A stretch of DNA of 64,000 nt from Candidatus Kaiserbacteria bacterium (GCA_963767115.1 CAVYCR010000005.1:25582-89581), one strand, 5' to 3'. Positions 27,503 through 36,432 are shown, numbered from the stretch's first letter. Program-made: numbers and translations. The notes: generated from the sequence alone by a model not told the origin.

Positions 27503-28168
27503 TTAACCTTTTTCCAAGAGACGTGTGATGGGAAGACCATGACTTCGAAGTGCCTTATTGAGGCTGTAAGTTCCATCCATTTCGAGTGTCAATATTCTGT
27601 ATTCGCAATTACCGAGGTTACCGAGTGACTCGAAATACTCTTCTTCCCAGCCTAGGATTATCATGAGAAGCACTCTGAACTCAAAGCCATGCGAGAAGAC
27701 GACGATATTGCAGCCATCCTCCTTCTGTATCGCGAAGATCTTTTCCTTGAATGCTCTCAATCTTTCAATCATAGAGGCAGCACTCTCGCCCGTCGGGAAT
27801 GTATAGCGCAACACACCAGTCTTGTAACGCTCTGCTTCGATTCCTGGTCTGTTCTCTGCAGTGATATGACCCCAATCCTGCTTCACAATGAGAGGTTCGA
27901 CCTCTACGTTTACATTCAAGTTGTCAGAAAGCTGAGGAAGCACGATCTTGAGCGTTTGCACATTCCGAACACCGGGAGAAGTGTAAAAGCGCACGTTTTC
28001 ATTGCCACGCAAAAGCTGTGACAACATGGCGCCGAAGTTTTGTGCTTGGCCCCTACCCTTGTCAGTCAGAGGAATTTCGAGATCACTGAGGACATCGTAG
28101 ATGCTATTGTCGACATCTTCGATTGATTCCGCATGCCGACATATTATGATCCGTGGTCTGTTTTCCAT
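27503..28168 (-). CDS. histidine phosphatase (phosphoglycerate-mutase-like) family protein
   Basis: RHxE catalytic start (IIICRHAESIED) and a downstream SHG (VVFSHGFEFR). Confidence 0.8.
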   Translation of the reverse strand: MENRPRIIICRHAESIEDVDNSIYDVLSDLEIPLTDKGRGQAQNFGAMLSQLLRGNENVRFYTSPGVRNVQTLKIVLPQLSDNLNVNVEVEPLIVKQDWGHITAENRPGIEAERYKTGVLRYTFPTGESAASMIERLRAFKEKIFAIQKEDGCNIVVFSHGFEFRVLLMIILGWEEEYFESLGNLGNCEYRILTLEMDGTYSLNKALRSHGLPITRLLEKG

Positions 28169-28221
28169 GACATAACCTTTCCATATAGTTTTTCAGATGG
28201 TTTCAGAGTACACTCAACCTC

Positions 28222-28782
28222 ATGAGCTCAAGGTCCAACGGGAAAAGTGAGGTTTTCTTGATGACACTACGCGACAAAGATATCTTTCCAGATAGGCCGG
28301 GTCTTACCGACGTAGTATGGAAAGAACGTCCGACCGGCAAAGTCGTCCTGTTCAATGAGAAGGGCGAGATTGCCTTAGTGAGCAACAAGGTCACTAATCT
28401 CTTCCTGCTCCCCGGCGGAGGTATCGAAGACGGCGAAGATGTTATCGAGGGTACGCGGCGCGAATGTAGAGAAGAAACCGGCTATGAGATCGAAATCTTT
28501 GACGAGCTTGGCGTTACGGAAGATTACCGATCCCGAGACAGTCGACACTGCGTAAGCTACGGGTACGCAGCTAAGGCCCTTTCAAAAGGACCTGTCGCTC
28601 TCACTGAAAGCGAGAGCGACATAGGTTTCTATGTTCAATGGTTTCCTCTGACAGATGCAGCGCAGCTATTCCAATCTCAAGAAGCGAAGGTCAAGCGAGG
28701 CGAAGTCGAGTTCTATAATACCTGCTTCAACATCCTGAGAGATTCGTTTTTTGTTCAGCGAGCACAGGTACCGCTGAACTAA
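28222..28782 (+). CDS. NUDIX hydrolase
   Basis: Nudix box GGGIEDGEDVIEGTRRECREETGY. Confidence 0.85.
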   Translation: MSSRSNGKSEVFLMTLRDKDIFPDRPGLTDVVWKERPTGKVVLFNEKGEIALVSNKVTNLFLLPGGGIEDGEDVIEGTRRECREETGYEIEIFDELGVTEDYRSRDSRHCVSYGYAAKALSKGPVALTESESDIGFYVQWFPLTDAAQLFQSQEAKVKRGEVEFYNTCFNILRDSFFVQRAQVPLN

Positions 28783-28786
28783 GTCA

Positions 28787-29275
28787 TTACTTGCCTCTGA
28801 TTTTCTTGATTATTGAGCCCGTTGAAACTCTTTCCTCATTGTAACGAGGCAGTATTCTTATTTTCGTCGTGGGTGAGCTTTCTTTTACCTGAGCGATCCT
28901 CTGATTGAGGCGAGTTTGGTTTGCTGCATCCTCACCAAAGACGATACTGTTCGGCTTCAACAGCGAGATAACTTCCTTGCTGTTGGGGCTTACATCTGCC
29001 AAGTAGGCATAATCGACAAACCTGATACTTGCCACCATTGCAGCTCTCTGCCTCTGGATAATTATCGGCCGACTCGAATCTTTGTAACTTCGCACATATC
29101 TGTCGGTAAGGACGGCAACAACCAACAGATCTTCAAGCGATGCGGCATATTCCAGCAGATGCAGGTGGCCAACATGGATGAGATCGAAGACGCCACCGAC
29201 CAGACAGAAGGTCTTGTCGGCTGGCAAAATCATCTTGAGGGCTTCGGCGCTTTCTGGGACGTTTTTCATCATCAC
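28787..29275 (-). CDS. cytidylyl/adenylyltransferase-fold protein (RfaE-II/TagD-like)
   Basis: HxGH motif in GGVFDLIHVGHLHLLEYA. 162 aa. Confidence 0.75.
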   Translation of the reverse strand: MMMKNVPESAEALKMILPADKTFCLVGGVFDLIHVGHLHLLEYAASLEDLLVVAVLTDRYVRSYKDSSRPIIIQRQRAAMVASIRFVDYAYLADVSPNSKEVISLLKPNSIVFGEDAANQTRLNQRIAQVKESSPTTKIRILPRYNEERVSTGSIIKKIRGK

Positions 29276-29361
29276 ACCTCTTTGTTTTGTGAATGTACTT
29301 TAGCAAAAATTGCTATACATACTAATTAATTATGCGTCAATGGCGGCTAAAAATGTTTTGT

Positions 29362-29712
29362 TTAAGATTTCCCGACGATGAGATGCAGATGAAAATGACC
29401 CGGTATCGATTTATTCTTGTATGTCGGTTCGATTATCCAATCGTACTCACTATTAACAAATGTCTTTTTAATCATACTTAGCTCTTCCAATTCCTCCCCT
29501 GTTAACTCTTCTTCGGACACATGCCGAGCGGACACCAGCATATGATGTATCATTGCGATTTGATCATAAGGGAAGCTATTCTCTACAAGTTTCCAAAACG
29601 GGAAGTCTTTTAAAGACTCTTTATCACAAAGTGGGCAAATATTTTCAGACGTTTCGTTTTGTAAATACTCTTGGTATTTTTTTGAACCTTCCGAAGTTCG
29701 TAGTGATGCCAT
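29362..29712 (-). CDS. HIT-superfamily protein
   Basis: Histidine triad PGHFHLHLIV at the C-terminus and a CPLC pair near the N-terminus. Confidence 0.7.
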   Translation of the reverse strand: MASLRTSEGSKKYQEYLQNETSENICPLCDKESLKDFPFWKLVENSFPYDQIAMIHHMLVSARHVSEEELTGEELEELSMIKKTFVNSEYDWIIEPTYKNKSIPGHFHLHLIVGKS

Positions 29713-29845
29713 ATAAATTAATATATCTTAGCATTTGTGCTTTGTAGAGACTGGACTTAAACACGCGTCTCAGTCGCCCTAGTTCAGTAGGTATCTCGGT
29801 CGCACAAATGCCATAGGCACCCTTGACACATGACTTGTAATGTGT

Positions 29846-29919
29846 TGGCTGCGGGACTTGGATTCGAACCAAGATACACTGCTCCAGAGGCAGTAGTCCT
29901 ACCATTAGACGATCCCGCA
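29846..29919 (-). tRNA. tRNA-Gln (anticodon CUG), CCA encoded
   Basis: Hand-folded cloverleaf: TGCGGGA acceptor, anticodon arm ACTGC-CTCTGGA-GCAGT, T arm CTTGG-TTCGAAT-CCAAG, then G-CCA. Confidence 0.85.
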
Positions 29920-29997
29920 AATCTTATAGGATTTCCCTATAAAAATGCCGCTATGCGGCAGTTATGGGAGTGTAACAAAAAACCTCGGATTTTGCAC

Positions 29998-30504
29998 TTA
30001 CCCCGCACTGAGATCCTGGTAGCTCGAGATCAGCCAGGCACCGTCATGCTTCACGAGATCGATGATGAGCGGGTCGGTACCGAAGACGCCATTGCTCGTC
30101 ATGAGGACAAGCGAAGCTTTTACTTGGTATCCATTCGAGGTCTTGATGAGACTATCCACGACGATATGATCGGGCCATGGGCTCGAGACCACGCGGCCGG
30201 GGGCAGACTCAGTGTCGCTTTGCCATTGTGAGAGGAGCGACGCGACGACGTAACGCCCGTAATTCTTCTTGACCTGTGCAGAAGCATCCGGCGCATTGAG
30301 CTCGGTAAGCTGCTCTTCTCGCCCGAAGGCTACGACGGTAGAGCTTGCTGCAAGCGCGTCTACCGAGAGCGTCGAAGCAGTGCTGGTCGCAGTAAGCATC
30401 GAAGTCGACCTGCCCGGCACGACGACCACAAGCACGAGGAACAGAACGATGACCAGGAAGAAAAAGGAGATCAGGAAGACGAGTGCGCGGGCTGCAGCGT
30501 TCAT
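29998..30504 (-). CDS. hypothetical membrane-anchored protein
   Basis: 168 aa with an N-terminal TM (LVFLISFFFLVIVLFLVLVVVV) followed by a soluble domain. Confidence 0.55.
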   Translation of the reverse strand: MNAAARALVFLISFFFLVIVLFLVLVVVVPGRSTSMLTATSTASTLSVDALAASSTVVAFGREEQLTELNAPDASAQVKKNYGRYVVASLLSQWQSDTESAPGRVVSSPWPDHIVVDSLIKTSNGYQVKASLVLMTSNGVFGTDPLIIDLVKHDGAWLISSYQDLSAG

Positions 30505-30543
30505 CTGACCATTGTACTCCTACGGAAAACTTTGGGCAGGATC

Positions 30544-31278
30544 TTAGTGAGTACGCTCGATCGTAGCGGTGAGCGCGAGATGGTCGGAGATACCGGCAGT
30601 AAAAGCGACATCGACGACGTCATACTTCCCTGTCGAGAAGATCCCGTCAACCATTCTGTGGTCGCGCTCCTCAGGCGGCGCCGTATGGTAGTGAGGATCG
30701 AGGCTGGTCTGGTAGTGCAGCGGAACGTTGTCGCGGAAACGGTCTGCAAAGAGCGAGAATATCTCGCCGCCGCGTGGCGCGTTGAAGTCGCCCATGAAAA
30801 CGAACTCACCCTTGCCGCGCAAGATCTCGAGGAGGTTGCCGGCGTTGAGGCGCTGGAGCTCGCTCGGCTGCCCTTTGGGCGTCCAGGTGAAATGCAGCGT
30901 GCTGATGCGCACGGGTATGCCGTCTTTCTGTACGTCGATCCCCACGAGCGGCATGTTCATAAAAACTTTCCTCACCTCGTTGCGTGCATCGTGCTCATTG
31001 CCCGCGTAATAATCGACGGACGATCCTACTAGAGGGGTCGCAGTAAATATCCCTATTCCGATCGTGACGATCTCGGTCCCCGGTGCGTCGTCGGGGATGC
31101 GGCTCATCGGCGCGAAGATGCATTGCATGCCAAGCGCTGATTCGAAATGCGGCACGTCACGCTCCAAGAGTTCCTGCAGGCACACGACCTCGCTCTTACG
31201 CTCTTGGAGGAAACGTGTCACACGCTCTAGGTGGAGCGAATGCTGGATATTGATGGATGCTACGGAGAGTCGTGCCAT
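30544..31278 (-). CDS. endonuclease/exonuclease/phosphatase (EEP) family protein
   Basis: 244 aa with EEP-type blocks (VVCLQE, GDFNAPRGG, SDHLAL). Confidence 0.8.
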   Translation of the reverse strand: MARLSVASINIQHSLHLERVTRFLQERKSEVVCLQELLERDVPHFESALGMQCIFAPMSRIPDDAPGTEIVTIGIGIFTATPLVGSSVDYYAGNEHDARNEVRKVFMNMPLVGIDVQKDGIPVRISTLHFTWTPKGQPSELQRLNAGNLLEILRGKGEFVFMGDFNAPRGGEIFSLFADRFRDNVPLHYQTSLDPHYHTAPPEERDHRMVDGIFSTGKYDVVDVAFTAGISDHLALTATIERTH

Positions 31279-31289
31279 AGTATTTGTTG

Positions 31290-32951
31290 TTATTTCTTGG
31301 CTCGGTCGCGAGCAGCTTTGAGGAAGGCGTTGAAGAGTGGGTGCGGCGAGAGCGGACGCGCTTTGAGCTCGGGATGGAATTGCGATCCGAGCATGAAGGG
31401 GTGCACCGACTTCGGGAGCTCCGCGATCTCCATGAGTACGCCGTCGGGCGAGCGACCTGAGAAAACGAGGCCGGCCTTCTCGAGCTGCCCGATGTAGTCG
31501 GGGTTGACCTCGAAGCGATGACGATGACGCTCAGAGATCCGGTTCTTCCCGTATGCATCATGCGCGATCGTACCTTTCTCGAGCTCACACGGATACGCTC
31601 CGAGGCGCATCGAGCCGCCATAGTCCTTGCGCGCGAGTTTTTCACTCTGCTCAGGCAGGATCATGATCACGGGGTCGGGGGTCTTCGGTTTGATCTCGGT
31701 CGTGTTGGCATCTTTGAGGCCCAAGACATGGCGCGCGTATTCGATCGTCATGAGCTGCATGCCGTAGCACAGTCCGAAATACGGGATTCTTTTCTCGCGG
31801 GCGAAGCGGATTGCGTTGATCTTGCCCTCGATCCCCGTCTCGCCGAAGCCACCGGGCACGATGATGCCGTCGTACTTCGCGAGCTCTTTCACGCGCTTGG
31901 GATCTTTCTGGTAGTCCTTGGCGTTGAGCCAGCTGATCTCGGGCTTCACGCCTTGCGCAAAGGCCGAGAACTTGATCGCCTCGATCACGGAGAGGTACGC
32001 GTCGGAGAGTACGAAGTCTCCGGTGTCGAAATACTTGCCGACGATGCCGATCTTGACGCTTTTGTTGCCGTTGTGCGCGTGCGCCGCGAATTCTTTCCAC
32101 TCCTTCATGTCGGAAGCTTTCGCACCACGCCTACGGAGCGCCTTGAGCAAGATGTCTGAGAGATGATCGCGCTCGAAATTCAACGGCACATCGTAGATGG
32201 ACGAGACGTCGGGGGCGGAGATGATGTGGTCGGCACTGACGTTGCACCACACTGCAAGCTTCTCCTTCCGCTTCAGATCAAGCGGGTGCGTGGAGCGTGC
32301 AACGATGAAATCAGGCTGCACGCCATATGAGTTGAGTGCGGAGACGGCGTGCTGAGTGGGCTTGGTCTTCATCTCACCGATCGTGCTGGGCACCGGAAGA
32401 TACGAGACGACTATGAAAATGACATCATCGGGATTCTTGAGGTGGATGACTCGCGCCGCATCGATGAAGAGCGCGTTTTGGAAATCCCCGATCGTGCCGC
32501 CGATCTCCACCACCGATACATCTGAATTTGCAAAATCCGCCGCGCGCTCAAGTCGCGAAATGATCTCGTCTCGTACGTGCGGTATAGCCTCGACGAATTT
32601 GCCTCCGTAACCGAGCGCACGCTCGCGTTCGATCACCGTTTTATACACCATGCCGGATGTCATGTAGTCTTCCGGCCCGAGGTCGCGGTCGAGGAAACGC
32701 TCATAGTTGCCCATGTCTTGGTCGGTCTCGAGCCCACTGTCGAGCACGAAGACTTCGCCGTGCTCGGTCGGGTTCATGGTACCGGCATCGACGTTGAGGT
32801 ACGGATCGATCTTGACGAGGTTGACCGAGAGCCCGCGAGCAGCGAGGATCTTGCCGATAGAGGCCGTCGCAATGCCCTTGCCCACCCCGGACATGACACC
32901 GCCAACGACGAAAATATATTTGTGTTTTGCGTGCGCACGCTTCACCGCCAT
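31290..32951 (-). CDS. pyrG: CTP synthase
   Basis: 553 aa with a synthetase domain (GGVMSGVGKG) and a glutamine amidotransferase domain (GLCYGMQ, HRHRFEVN). Confidence 0.95.
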   Translation of the reverse strand: MAVKRAHAKHKYIFVVGGVMSGVGKGIATASIGKILAARGLSVNLVKIDPYLNVDAGTMNPTEHGEVFVLDSGLETDQDMGNYERFLDRDLGPEDYMTSGMVYKTVIERERALGYGGKFVEAIPHVRDEIISRLERAADFANSDVSVVEIGGTIGDFQNALFIDAARVIHLKNPDDVIFIVVSYLPVPSTIGEMKTKPTQHAVSALNSYGVQPDFIVARSTHPLDLKRKEKLAVWCNVSADHIISAPDVSSIYDVPLNFERDHLSDILLKALRRRGAKASDMKEWKEFAAHAHNGNKSVKIGIVGKYFDTGDFVLSDAYLSVIEAIKFSAFAQGVKPEISWLNAKDYQKDPKRVKELAKYDGIIVPGGFGETGIEGKINAIRFAREKRIPYFGLCYGMQLMTIEYARHVLGLKDANTTEIKPKTPDPVIMILPEQSEKLARKDYGGSMRLGAYPCELEKGTIAHDAYGKNRISERHRHRFEVNPDYIGQLEKAGLVFSGRSPDGVLMEIAELPKSVHPFMLGSQFHPELKARPLSPHPLFNAFLKAARDRAKK

Positions 32952-33031
32952 ATGTTTAAAAATGATTACGACTCGTTCAGCCTACCACGCGGCAAATCTG
33001 TGATTTGACGCGGTGTGGGGATAGTGGCGGT

Positions 33032-33153
33032 GAGGCACTTATCTGGCAGCAAGGTTTTTGCCGTCGCTATCTGGGCCTGCTGGCCCAGCGCTCGGACTCG
33101 GCGCCGTCGCGCCTGCGTAGCCGGCAAAAACCTTGCTGCCAGATAAGTGCCTC
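33032..33153. repeat. 122-bp palindromic element A (32-bp perfect arms, 58-nt GC-rich spacer)
   Basis: GAGGCACTTATCTGGCAGCAAGGTTTTTGCCG (33032-33063) is the exact reverse complement of 33122-33153. The spacer itself contains CTGGGCC/GGCCCAG. Confidence 0.85.
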
Positions 33154-33163
33154 TGGTTTGCGT

Positions 33164-33288
33164 TGGACCGTATTCCGGAGCAAGTAATTTTTACGGCCGA
33201 GGACCGAACCCGCAGACCCGCTTGCGGGGCGTGAGGGCGCTATGCGTCCCGCAGGACGTAAAAATTACTTGCTCCGGAATACGGTCCA
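33164..33288. repeat. 125-bp palindromic element B (32-bp perfect arms, 61-nt GC-rich spacer)
   Basis: TGGACCGTATTCCGGAGCAAGTAATTTTTACG (33164-33195) is the exact reverse complement of 33257-33288. The arms share GG(C)AGCAAG...TTTTT.C.G with element A. Confidence 0.85.
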
Positions 33289-33303
33289 GAGATTACAGGC
33301 CCG

Positions 33304-34233
33304 TTATATACGAAGATACCGTCGCACGGCGAGATAGCTCGAGAGTGCGCCAAGGGCGACACCGGAGGCCATGACTAGCCCAAAGAGCATCCAGAAATTC
33401 GCAAGGTAATAGGTGTATACGTCGAAGGTGGTCAGGAATTCTTCTGACGGCGGGCCGAGCCAGATCGAGAGCGGGAAAAGAAGCGCGAGCACGATGACGC
33501 CCGAGATCACGCCGTAGAGAATGCCGGAGACCACGAACGGACCGCGCACGTACCAGCGGCCGGCGCCGACGAGGTTCATCACGCCGATCTCATCGCGCGC
33601 CGTATAGATCGCGAGCCGGATCGTGTTGAAGGCGATCAAGAGTGACGCGACCGCGAGCACTGCAGCAACGGCGATGCCGAGCTCGTGCGAAGTCCGTATG
33701 ATATTGGAAAGGCGGTCGATCGCTGTCTGGTTCTGTGCGAAGTTGACATTGTCGATGACCGAGCCTGCATCGGTACCGGCCGACTGCTGGGCAGTGAGGT
33801 ACTGTGCGATTGATTGATATTGCGAAGTGTCCTTCGCTTGCACCTGAAGCGAAGCCTCGAGTGGATTGTTGGGTAGCTCTTGCAAGGCCTGCATAGTGAG
33901 AGCGTCGTTCTGGTGACGCTCTTCGAAAGCAGCAAGCGCCTGGTCGCTCGATACATAGGTCACCGCCTGCACTTCAGGCAGAGCCTGTATCGAGGTCTCG
34001 AGCTCCTGCACCTGCTCTTGTGTCGCAGTGGTCGTGAGGTAAACGGTGATATCGACCTTGCCGGTGAGATCCTTCAAGACCGAATCGAGTGCTGCGCCGG
34101 AGATCACGAGTACTGCCATCACAAAAAGCGTGATCGTCATCACCAAGACTGCAGAGAGCGAGACGAAACCATTGCGCAAGAAGCCGATGAAGCCGTAGCG
34201 CGCTATTCTTTTAGTAGTAACCCAGATACTCAT
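33304..34233 (-). CDS. ftsX: cell division permease-like protein FtsX
   Basis: 309 aa with an FtsX topology (TM1, large extracytoplasmic loop, 3 C-terminal TM). It is adjacent to ftsE. Confidence 0.88.
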   Translation of the reverse strand: MSIWVTTKRIARYGFIGFLRNGFVSLSAVLVMTITLFVMAVLVISGAALDSVLKDLTGKVDITVYLTTTATQEQVQELETSIQALPEVQAVTYVSSDQALAAFEERHQNDALTMQALQELPNNPLEASLQVQAKDTSQYQSIAQYLTAQQSAGTDAGSVIDNVNFAQNQTAIDRLSNIIRTSHELGIAVAAVLAVASLLIAFNTIRLAIYTARDEIGVMNLVGAGRWYVRGPFVVSGILYGVISGVIVLALLFPLSIWLGPPSEEFLTTFDVYTYYLANFWMLFGLVMASGVALGALSSYLAVRRYLRI

Positions 34234-34240
34234 AGAATGA

Positions 34241-34333
34241 AGCTTGTAGCTTGTAGCTTGTAGGGACCCTGAAAACTGGGAGTATTTGTATTCATATTGT
34301 TTTTGTATTGCTACAAGCTATAAGCTACCAGCT
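34241..34333. repeat. imperfect inverted repeat built from AGCTTGT heptamers, between ftsE and ftsX
   Basis: (AGCTTGT)x3+AG (34241-34263) pairs with CTACAAGCTATAAGCTACCAGCT (34311-34333) at 21 of 23 positions. The spacer is 47 nt and AT-rich. Confidence 0.75.
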
Positions 34334-34343
34334 ATCAAGATAA

Positions 34344-35027
34344 TTATAATACGTATTTCCCTTCTTTGTCGTCGCGAACGATGCGACCCTGGTCCATCGT
34401 GACGACGCGCTTGCCTACGGAGTCGACGACGGTCTTGTTGTGCGTAGTCAAGAGCACGGTCGTGCCCAGCGCATTGATCTTCTTGAGGATCTCTACCACA
34501 TCGTGCGCATTGATCGGGTCGAGGTTGCCGGTCGGCTCATCTGCGATCAGTACATCGGGCTGGTTCACTATCGCGCGCGCGATAGCTACACGCTGCTGCT
34601 CGCCGCCCGAGAGCTCATGGGGAAAACTCCAGATCTTGTCGGCAAGGCCGACGAGGTCGAGTACATGCGGCACATCGGCCTGGATGTCTTCATCGCTTGC
34701 ACCCGCGACCTCCATCGCGAAAGCGATGTTCTCATAGACGTTCTTGGTGGGAAGCAGACGGAAGTCTTGGAAGATCGTGCCGATGTTGCGGCGCAGCTCG
34801 AGCAATTCTTTTGCCCGGAGCGTTGCGATCTCGCGGCTACCGAAGTAGACGGAGCCTTCAGTGGGGAAAACTTCAGCGAAGAGCATCTTCAAGAGCGTCG
34901 TCTTCCCCGCGCCCGAGTGCCCGACAAGCGAGACGAACTCGCCCGGCTCGATGGAGAGCGTAATGTCTTCGACCGCAGGCGGCGCGCCGTCGAGATATAT
35001 CTTGGTGACTTTGTCGAAATAGATCAT
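34344..35027 (-). CDS. ftsE: cell division ATP-binding protein FtsE
   Basis: The start is set at MIYFDKVTKIY. Walker A GHSGAGKTT, ABC signature LSGGEQQR and Walker B VLIADEP are present. Confidence 0.92.
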   Translation of the reverse strand: MIYFDKVTKIYLDGAPPAVEDITLSIEPGEFVSLVGHSGAGKTTLLKMLFAEVFPTEGSVYFGSREIATLRAKELLELRRNIGTIFQDFRLLPTKNVYENIAFAMEVAGASDEDIQADVPHVLDLVGLADKIWSFPHELSGGEQQRVAIARAIVNQPDVLIADEPTGNLDPINAHDVVEILKKINALGTTVLLTTHNKTVVDSVGKRVVTMDQGRIVRDDKEGKYVL

Positions 35028-35129
35028 GGAATTTCCGGAAATGAAAAGTACGCGTCTCATTATACCGCACCCTCCGCATTGTCCAACCCTGCAATGCAAA
35101 GGAGCAAGGTCTCACCTTGCTCTTTAAGT

Positions 35130-35162
35130 AGAAAAAGAACCCCGGCGTTTGCTCACCGGGGT
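35130..35162 (-). terminator. Rho-independent terminator after 35184..35453
   Basis: ACCCCGG-N10-CCGGGGT. On the minus strand it is followed by TCTTTTTC. Confidence 0.6.
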
Positions 35163-35183
35163 CCACACGAGGTCGCGTTGCTG

Positions 35184-35453
35184 CTAATGAGGTTTCTGCT
35201 TCGGATCAATGGGGCGGTCAGACAGAGCTTTGTGGGTTTGAGTTTGTTCTACGGTGGACACATGGTCAGGGTAGTAAATCTCGGTTCGACACGTTACACC
35301 GTTGCTGAAGCTTCCCCCCACCGGCATACATGTCATGACCATTTTCGTGACACTTTTGTCTAGGTCCCCGGGTGGCGCGGGCATATCCTGAGCAAAAGCT
35401 GTTGACCCGATCGTCAAACCTATGATAAATACACTTCCACGAATCAGCATCAT
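35184..35453 (-). CDS. small secreted hypothetical protein
   Basis: 89 aa with a signal peptide (MMLIRGSVFIIGLTIGSTAFAQD). Confidence 0.5.
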   Translation of the reverse strand: MMLIRGSVFIIGLTIGSTAFAQDMPAPPGDLDKSVTKMVMTCMPVGGSFSNGVTCRTEIYYPDHVSTVEQTQTHKALSDRPIDPKQKPH

Positions 35454-35550
35454 ATTTGCCTCCTTTTTTGCTTTCGAGCAGCACCCGGCACATCGCCGAT
35501 ACTCATTTTGGTTCAGAGATTAAAATTCGTCAATCAAGACAATTATTGTC

Positions 35551-36432
35551 TTACTCCAAACCTTTTTCCGCATCAACGAAAGCCTGCAAGTCCCCTTCGA
35601 GCACCTTCTCCACATTACGCTCCTCATGCTCGGTGCGATGATCTTTCACCAGCTGGTACGGGTGCAAGACGTACGAACGGATCTGGCTTCCCCATTCGAT
35701 CTTGGTGGAGGCGCCGGTCGAGAGACCTCTCTCTGCGCTCTTTGCCTCGGCCTCTTTCATTGCGTAGAGCTTGCCGCGGATCATTTCGAGCGCCTTCTCA
35801 CGATTTTGCGCTTGTGAACGTTCGGATGTGACATGTACCGAAAGCCCTGTCGGCGTGTGCGTCATGCGCACTGCGGTGTCGCGCTTGTTTACATTTTGCC
35901 CGCCCGGGCCGCCGGAGCGCGCGACAGATATATCGAGTTCGCTCTCCGGGATCTTGATCTCGCCGCTCTCGGGGATCTTAGGCAGCACCTCGACGAGCGA
36001 GAAGCTTGTCTGCCTTTTGCCCGCAGTATTGAAGGGCGACATGCGCACGAGACGATGCACACCCGCTTCATTTTTGAGTGAGCCATATGCATTGTTTCCG
36101 AGCACCTCGAATGAAACGCTCCTGAAACCTCCCATACTGTTCTCGTTGGAATCGATGAGCGGCGTGCGCCAACCCTTCGACGCCGCGTATTTCTGATACA
36201 TCTGATAGAGTATGCGTGAAAAATCCTCGGCATCGTCCCCGCCCGCACCCGAGATGATCGATACTATAGCGTCGCCCTTGTCGTATCCGCTGCCGCCTTC
36301 GAGCCGCGCCTTGAGGTCCTGGTATTCCTTGAGAGTTGCTTGCGCTTTGTCCTTGTCTGCCCAAAAATCAGGGGCTGCCATCCGCGCCTCGATATCGGCG
36401 ATCTGCTGCGCTATCTCTTCGTGTGCCATCAA
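35551..36432 (-). CDS. prfB: peptide chain release factor 2 (short form, no programmed frameshift)
   Basis: SPF tripeptide (RMSPFN) and GGQ (SGGPGGQNVNK). 293 aa, shorter at the N-terminus than E. coli RF2. I saw no internal UGA or shift site. Confidence 0.9.
   Translation of the reverse strand: MMAHEEIAQQIADIEARMAAPDFWADKDKAQATLKEYQDLKARLEGGSGYDKGDAIVSIISGAGGDDAEDFSRILYQMYQKYAASKGWRTPLIDSNENSMGGFRSVSFEVLGNNAYGSLKNEAGVHRLVRMSPFNTAGKRQTSFSLVEVLPKIPESGEIKIPESELDISVARSGGPGGQNVNKRDTAVRMTHTPTGLSVHVTSERSQAQNREKALEMIRGKLYAMKEAEAKSAERGLSTGASTKIEWGSQIRSYVLHPYQLVKDHRTEHEERNVEKVLEGDLQAFVDAEKGLE

Noticed and set aside
29830-30231. 133-aa plus-strand ORF starting inside tRNA-Gln. ORFs 36336..36665 and 36556..36795 cover the two tRNA-Thr genes, and 57587..57951 ORFs cover tRNA-Val/Met.
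   Set aside because: They overlap hand-folded tRNA genes, and their translations derive from tRNA sequence.
33005-33374. ORFs 33005..33187 and 33147..33374 in the pyrG-ftsX spacer
   Set aside because: They run straight through the 32-bp perfect inverted-repeat arms. The peptide sequence is dictated by the palindromes, so I treated them as non-coding repeat elements.
34440-35363. 307-aa plus-strand ORF opposite ftsE. Similar antisense ORFs lie opposite the NRAMP gene (37634..38257), gatA (61653..62078) and the 59899..60660 gene (59950..60735).
   Set aside because: They are antisense to confidently identified genes and have no recognisable motifs.
35551-36432. Expected programmed +1 frameshift site at the start of prfB
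   Set aside because: The RF2 ORF is a single uninterrupted frame starting at MMAHEEIAQQ, with no upstream short frame or CUU-UGA site. This appears to be an N-terminally short RF2 without autoregulatory frameshifting.
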